A stretch of 64,000 nucleotides of DNA from a virus: positions 32,001-96,000 of IMG/VR virus record IMGVR_UViG_3300008459_000008; one strand, 5' to 3'. Below the pieces are notes generated by a model, which was not told the origin of the DNA, did no database searches, and saw only the letters and a list, made by a program, of their open reading frames with translations. This document shows, piece by piece, positions 59,625 through 64,000 of the stretch. A program made the position numbers and the translations under genes. Each line of letters begins with the position of its first letter. The first letter of the stretch is position 1.

Positions 59625-59957
59625 ATGAAAAATTGGACCAACGACGACTTTTTAGAATATTTAATGACTTCTGATTATGAGGATAATCTATCACCAGAAG
59701 ATTACAAAACTCTGTTATCAAAATTTAGAACTTTTTACCGTATTGTGTCTTCAAGATCAACTAATATAGAAATAGAAAAAAAGAAATTCAATTTTGAGAT
59801 CGAACAATTAAATACAAAATATACACAAGATTTACAACATCTAAATGACCAAATTCAACTGATTACAATCAAATATCAATCTCTGGTTACTAGAAAACTT
59901 TCTTTCAAAGAAAGATTGTTAGGTAAAATATCATTGAATAAAAATGAAGAAATTTAA
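59625..59957 (+). CDS. Hypothetical coiled-coil protein
   Basis: Ends RKLSFKERLLGK; starts 1 nt after the ATPase stop. Confidence 0.55.
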   Translation: MKNWTNDDFLEYLMTSDYEDNLSPEDYKTLLSKFRTFYRIVSSRSTNIEIEKKKFNFEIEQLNTKYTQDLQHLNDQIQLITIKYQSLVTRKLSFKERLLGKISLNKNEEI

Positions 59958-60031
59958 CCAAAATTCTCCAAAATTTCAAAAAAAGGGGGGAATGGTGGGT
60001 TCGATATATAATTAAAAATAAATTTCTGATC

Positions 60032-60262
60032 ATGGAAAAAGAAAATATGGATTACTCTGATAAGTACGATTACTTATTAAAAGTATTGACCGAAGTGATT
60101 GAAATTGATGGAAAAAAAACAACTCTCAAAGATGATTTTGATAAGTTTTTTATAAAGTCAAATAAAACTGCTGGCGTAAGAATTAGGAAAGTTATGCAAA
60201 TCCTCAGAAGATCGGCAGAGGAAATCCGAAATGATGTACAGAACTACAAAAGAAATTTCTGA
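60032..60262 (+). CDS. Histone H1-like (Hc1 family) DNA-binding protein
   Basis: DFDKFFIKSNKTAGVRIRKVMQ.L......IRNDVQ matches the Hc1-type NKxAGxRxRK motif. Confidence 0.7.
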   Translation: MEKENMDYSDKYDYLLKVLTEVIEIDGKKTTLKDDFDKFFIKSNKTAGVRIRKVMQILRRSAEEIRNDVQNYKRNF

Positions 60263-60267
60263 AAATT

Positions 60268-60298
60268 AAAACTTCACTTTTAGTGGAGTTTTTTTTTA
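60268..60298 (+). terminator. Rho-independent terminator
   Basis: AAAACTTCACT-ttt-AGTGGAGTTTT followed by a T run. Confidence 0.7.
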
Positions 60299-60327
60299 TA
60301 TATACAACAAATACTTTTATATGAAAA

Positions 60328-60948
60328 ATGAACAAATTTAGTAAAATTTCGGGTCAGAAAGTTAGTGATTTACCCAAATTGATTAAATCACCTGAAGAGA
60401 TGGAAATCGAACAATTAAAATTTGGTCTACTCAAATTAATGGATAGTTGTTTGACTATTAGGTCATATGGATCAGCTAGAAGAAATATTCTGGAAGATAC
60501 AGTGAAAATAGCAGGTAAAGAAATGTTTATTGAGGCTCTGATTGATTTTATGGCTGATAAATCATACAAAGAACAAATTGTACTTTTGGAATCAATGAAA
60601 TCTGACACAAAAGATTGGAAATCGATTGATAATAAAATCAATGAAGTAAACGAAAAAATTCAAAATGTTAGAAATTTGACTGTAAATAAAAATCAAGTAA
60701 AGAAAATCAAAATGTTTTTGGAAACATATGGTGAAGATGAAAGGTTTGAAACACTATTGGAAAACTATGTTGCAAAATTAGATGATGGTAAAATGGCTTA
60801 TTCAAGCTCTTTACTAGTGAGAGAAATGATGAGAAATACTAAATTTTCTATTTACCCTAAAAAACAACTTGAAAATATTGCTAGGCAATACTTGATTAGG
60901 GCTACTCAACTTGGATATAACCCAAATGGAACAGACATTAACATTTGA
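60328..60948 (+). CDS. Hypothetical protein
   Basis: 206-aa ORF after a TATATA motif. Confidence 0.55.
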   Translation: MNKFSKISGQKVSDLPKLIKSPEEMEIEQLKFGLLKLMDSCLTIRSYGSARRNILEDTVKIAGKEMFIEALIDFMADKSYKEQIVLLESMKSDTKDWKSIDNKINEVNEKIQNVRNLTVNKNQVKKIKMFLETYGEDERFETLLENYVAKLDDGKMAYSSSLLVREMMRNTKFSIYPKKQLENIARQYLIRATQLGYNPNGTDINI

Positions 60949-61669
60949 AGAAACCCTAATTAGTAGAATATCAAAGATGACTATCTTTGATCAATTTGCT
61001 CAAACTATTTTTGTAGACCACAATCATGGAGTAATTGAGGTTGAAAATTCATTCAGAGAAATGAATACAATCAAATTTATCAGAACTGAAATTGCATATG
61101 AATTAAAAGGTCATAGAGTAATATCGAAGAAAATGAAATTTAATGACATCGTAATTTCAGACTTGATGGAGGGGTCAACAATATCAGTTGATAAATCAAT
61201 TTGTAAATGTGTTTCTTCGGATTTGAACAAATTGTTCATTCAAGAATTAAATCGTTTTGAAAAAACAGAACAACATAAATTTAGATTATTTGACCAAAAT
61301 TTTATTCAAAAGATTTTTATACCTAATAAAAATGTAGATTTAATTCAAAAATTTTTAGAGGTTAGTAATGGTATGAGTTGGGCAATAATACCATATAAGT
61401 TGTCGAATATTTTTTACCAATCAGAAAAATTGGAATTGAATAAGGACGAAAATGAAAAATTGATTTATCATCTAGGAAAAATAGAAAACACCAATATCTA
61501 TATCAACCCAGATGATCAATCCGGAAAAATTTTCTTTGGTAATTTTGATTCTATGATAATTTTGGCAAAAAATGATATGAATATCTTTGACAACGATCAA
61601 GGAAGAAATTATAATTTCGAGTATTTATTCATTGAACAGTCACCGATAAAGTCGTTAGATGTCATTTAA
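60926..61669 (+). CDS. Hypothetical protein
   Basis: ATG 60926 overlaps the upstream gene end. Confidence 0.55.
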   Translation: MEQTLTFEETLISRISKMTIFDQFAQTIFVDHNHGVIEVENSFREMNTIKFIRTEIAYELKGHRVISKKMKFNDIVISDLMEGSTISVDKSICKCVSSDLNKLFIQELNRFEKTEQHKFRLFDQNFIQKIFIPNKNVDLIQKFLEVSNGMSWAIIPYKLSNIFYQSEKLELNKDENEKLIYHLGKIENTNIYINPDDQSGKIFFGNFDSMIILAKNDMNIFDNDQGRNYNFEYLFIEQSPIKSLDVI

Positions 61670-62536
61670 TAGTTCATCCAAAGCAGAATTTCTTAGATTA
61701 CTGACTGTTTCGAATATCCTATAAGGATACGATCTTGTAAACCCTAAGTCATTTTCAATCTGAACATTTAACCTACCAGAGCTAATTTCTTTTGATTTAA
61801 CAGTATAGACCTTGTTGTGGGTTAATCCACTATAATAATCTGTTGTCTCTATCAATTTAACAGATTCTCCTTCTTCAATCGTTTTCATTTTCCTTTCAAT
61901 TTCATACTGAATGAATTTGGTGATATTTTCAACATTAATTTTTCTGAAGTCATAATCTTGTTTTGATAAAGATGTAAACATAAATCCCACCAAATCATTA
62001 GTTAATTCTATTTCTTTTCTAACACTATTATCAATTGGATAAAGTGGCGTACGATAATAATCTGAAATTCTTGAACTATCTTCTATTTCAATTTCATTCT
62101 GAATACAAAAATTAGCAATTATAGCAGCAGAATTAACAAAATTGTCATTGTATCTCACACCACCTCTTCGGCGTCTATTACCGGAGTATAAATCCCATCT
62201 TTGGGAATTGATAAATTTTTCAAATGAGACTTTACCTTTGGATTTCAAAATTTTCTTGACCGACTCATCTGTCGCATTTTTTATGAGAACTTCTTTAAAG
62301 TCCTTCAACTTAATTTTTTTGTTATAAAAAACTTGTTGATTGATTTTTTCTGTGTGTCTGATGAAATCTATGAAAATAAGATAACTTATTAATCCATAAT
62401 TTCTTCCTTCGGAATACATCTGACGTAATTTATCATTATCAGTTTCTTTAGAATAGTCATCAAGTATTTTGAATTCCTTTTTCAAGGTTTCCAATTTATC
62501 GATATTATTCTGAATTATCTCCGAGGTCAGTTTCAT
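61655..62536 (-). CDS. Hypothetical early protein with C-terminal SH3-like segment
   Basis: TATATTTG (-7 element) at 62549-62542 just upstream; C-terminal GESVKLI..LTHNKVYTV..IENDLG..YPYRIF. Confidence 0.55.
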   Translation of the reverse strand: MKLTSEIIQNNIDKLETLKKEFKILDDYSKETDNDKLRQMYSEGRNYGLISYLIFIDFIRHTEKINQQVFYNKKIKLKDFKEVLIKNATDESVKKILKSKGKVSFEKFINSQRWDLYSGNRRRRGGVRYNDNFVNSAAIIANFCIQNEIEIEDSSRISDYYRTPLYPIDNSVRKEIELTNDLVGFMFTSLSKQDYDFRKINVENITKFIQYEIERKMKTIEEGESVKLIETTDYYSGLTHNKVYTVKSKEISSGRLNVQIENDLGFTRSYPYRIFETVSNLRNSALDELLNDI

Positions 62537-62600
62537 AAGTACAAATATAATAAAAACTTCTAAAATAATATATACAATATTATAAATAAAATTTTAAATT

Positions 62601-62939
62601 ATGCAAAAATTTACTAGAATTGATGAAGCGAAACGATTTATGCCAGATCCGAGTTTATTAAAACGATATGCTTCATTCATAATGCCTCTTTATATAAATG
62701 GTAATCTAAAATTGGACGAAGCTTTGTTAGATGAATATCTTGAAATGTTCAAAAAAACAAATAAATACCAAACTTCAAACGTCGTTTGTGATGCGGAAAT
62801 CGAGGCAGTAAAAAACATTCTAGAAAATCCAACCACAATAAATGGTTTTAACCAATTGAAAAAAGAAATTGAAGATGGTTGTCCCAAACTTCAATTATTT
62901 TTGAAAAAATTTGTCCAAAATAAGGATACATTCAAATGA
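62601..62939 (+). CDS. Hypothetical protein
   Basis: Leader MQKFTRIDEA; AATATATA upstream. Confidence 0.55.
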   Translation: MQKFTRIDEAKRFMPDPSLLKRYASFIMPLYINGNLKLDEALLDEYLEMFKKTNKYQTSNVVCDAEIEAVKNILENPTTINGFNQLKKEIEDGCPKLQLFLKKFVQNKDTFK

Positions 62940-64000
62940 GAAAATACTCTGAAAAGTTTTTAAATGATACTGAGTTTTTAAAATTTGCTCGTATAGGATT
63001 TGAATTTGAATTCTATATGAAAGATTTATCTTTTTATAAAACTCTGGAATTGCTAAATCAATATTTATCACCAGTTAAAGTTTGGGGGTTTAGGAAATAT
63101 CACTCAGATATGACACCAGATTCGAAAAATTTCAAAATTGAACCAGATTTATCAGGTGGTGCTAACATGGTTGAATTAGTAACTGGTCCACTTGATTATT
63201 TTGAGGCTAAATTTCATCTCAATAAACTTCTGAAATTCATTCAGACCTATGGATACACTAATGATAAATGCTCAATCCATTTTAACGTTTCTTTTAATCA
63301 AGAATCCGATAAAAATTTGAATGATTTGAATGTATTAAAGTTGATTTTGACTATGGATGAGGATGAAATTTATTATGTATATCCAATGAGGAAAAATAAT
63401 GTATATGCTAAAAGTGTCAAAAACATTATTCCTTACAAAGATTATGATTTCAATAATGTTCCTATAGAAATTATCAAAAACAATTTGATGTTGCCAGATG
63501 ACAAGTATTATGGTATAAATTTTCTCCATGTTAATAATCCAAGAGAAACACAAAGACTAGAATTTAGATATATCGGTGGTAAGGACTATGAGAAAAACAT
63601 AGGGGATATAAGTTATTTTTTAGATTTGTTTATCAAAAATGTTTACAATTCAATCGATGCTGGTTTTAATACTGAGGATATCGAAAAAATCGAAACATAC
63701 TTAGAAGATAATATTACTAATTTTAAGAATTTTTCAAAGTATGATAATTTCCTAATAGAATTTCCAACAATTACTCTACAAGTTGACCAAACCTATGATT
63801 ATAACACCATAAATGCTTATTATGATAGAATGTATACAAAACTATTTGAAATAGTTCACTGTATAGACTCTTTAGGAGATTGTATAATAAATTTCGTTAC
63901 CGAAACACAAAGATTTGAATTAATTGATGCTCAGTTCAAAGCAATTAAAAATATAAAAGGTATAGATTTTATTAATTGTACTACCACAGAGGCCATTTTT
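62936..64000 (+). CDS. Putative amidoligase (COOH-NH2 ligase family), truncated at window end
   Basis: Not in the ORF track. ATGA overlap at 62936. IGFEFEF, IEPDLSGG..MVELVTGP, GYTNDKCSIHFNVSF, KYYGINF, LEFRYIGG motifs. Confidence 0.75.
   Translation, partial: MRKYSEKFLNDTEFLKFARIGFEFEFYMKDLSFYKTLELLNQYLSPVKVWGFRKYHSDMTPDSKNFKIEPDLSGGANMVELVTGPLDYFEAKFHLNKLLKFIQTYGYTNDKCSIHFNVSFNQESDKNLNDLNVLKLILTMDEDEIYYVYPMRKNNVYAKSVKNIIPYKDYDFNNVPIEIIKNNLMLPDDKYYGINFLHVNNPRETQRLEFRYIGGKDYEKNIGDISYFLDLFIKNVYNSIDAGFNTEDIEKIETYLEDNITNFKNFSKYDNFLIEFPTITLQVDQTYDYNTINAYYDRMYTKLFEIVHCIDSLGDCIINFVTETQRFELIDAQFKAIKNIKGIDFINCTTTEAIF

Noticed and set aside
59955-60001. G-run segment (aaaaaaaggggggaatggtggg) as structured RNA or phase-variable tract
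   Set aside because: Only a weak ATTCTCC/GGGGAAT pairing, short and unsupported by other signals.
1-64000. Stop-codon reassignment as seen in some Bacteroidota jumbo phages
   Set aside because: Long genes are intact in code 11, and TAA, TGA and TAG all end genes at sensible positions.
1-64000. Bacterial chromosome or eukaryotic giant virus origin
   Set aside because: Myophage tail and baseplate genes are interspersed throughout, there are no housekeeping operons or NCLDV core genes, and bacterial-type promoters, terminators and a T9SS CTD are present.

Overview
This is 64 kb of a very AT-rich, densely coding genome in the standard genetic code. It reads as a large (jumbo/T4-like, contractile-tailed) bacteriophage. 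Phage genes include a tail tube, gp26/gp51-like hub genes, a gp6-like wedge, fibre genes, an Mre11/gp47-like nuclease, a UvsY-like protein, MazG and guanylate kinase. Several features point to a Bacteroidota host: TTTG-N19-20-TAnnTTTG promoters, no Shine-Dalgarno sites, Gln-after-signal-peptide proteins, a T9SS C-terminal domain and an Hc1-like protein. The most unusual features are: (1) a 16-kb tandem array of three giant signal-peptide-bearing metzincin (M12B-like) proteases, with 10, 18 and 8 FN3-like repeats and a shared Cys-containing C-terminal domain that is not a T9SS CTD; (2) an unannotated ~155-nt structured RNA with a pseudoknot and its own promoter and terminator (41073-41263); (3) three distinct promoter classes that sort genes by function; (4) a recurring N-terminal leader resembling the T4 capsid-targeting sequence; (5) a PlcP-like phosphoesterase plus glycosyltransferase pair; (6) a small lipoprotein the ORF track missed; (7) a possible +1 frameshift in the hub genes. 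Two large ORFs cut by the window edges (1-5881 minus, 62936-64000 plus) are absent from the ORF track. All family assignments come from motif recognition by eye, not database searches.
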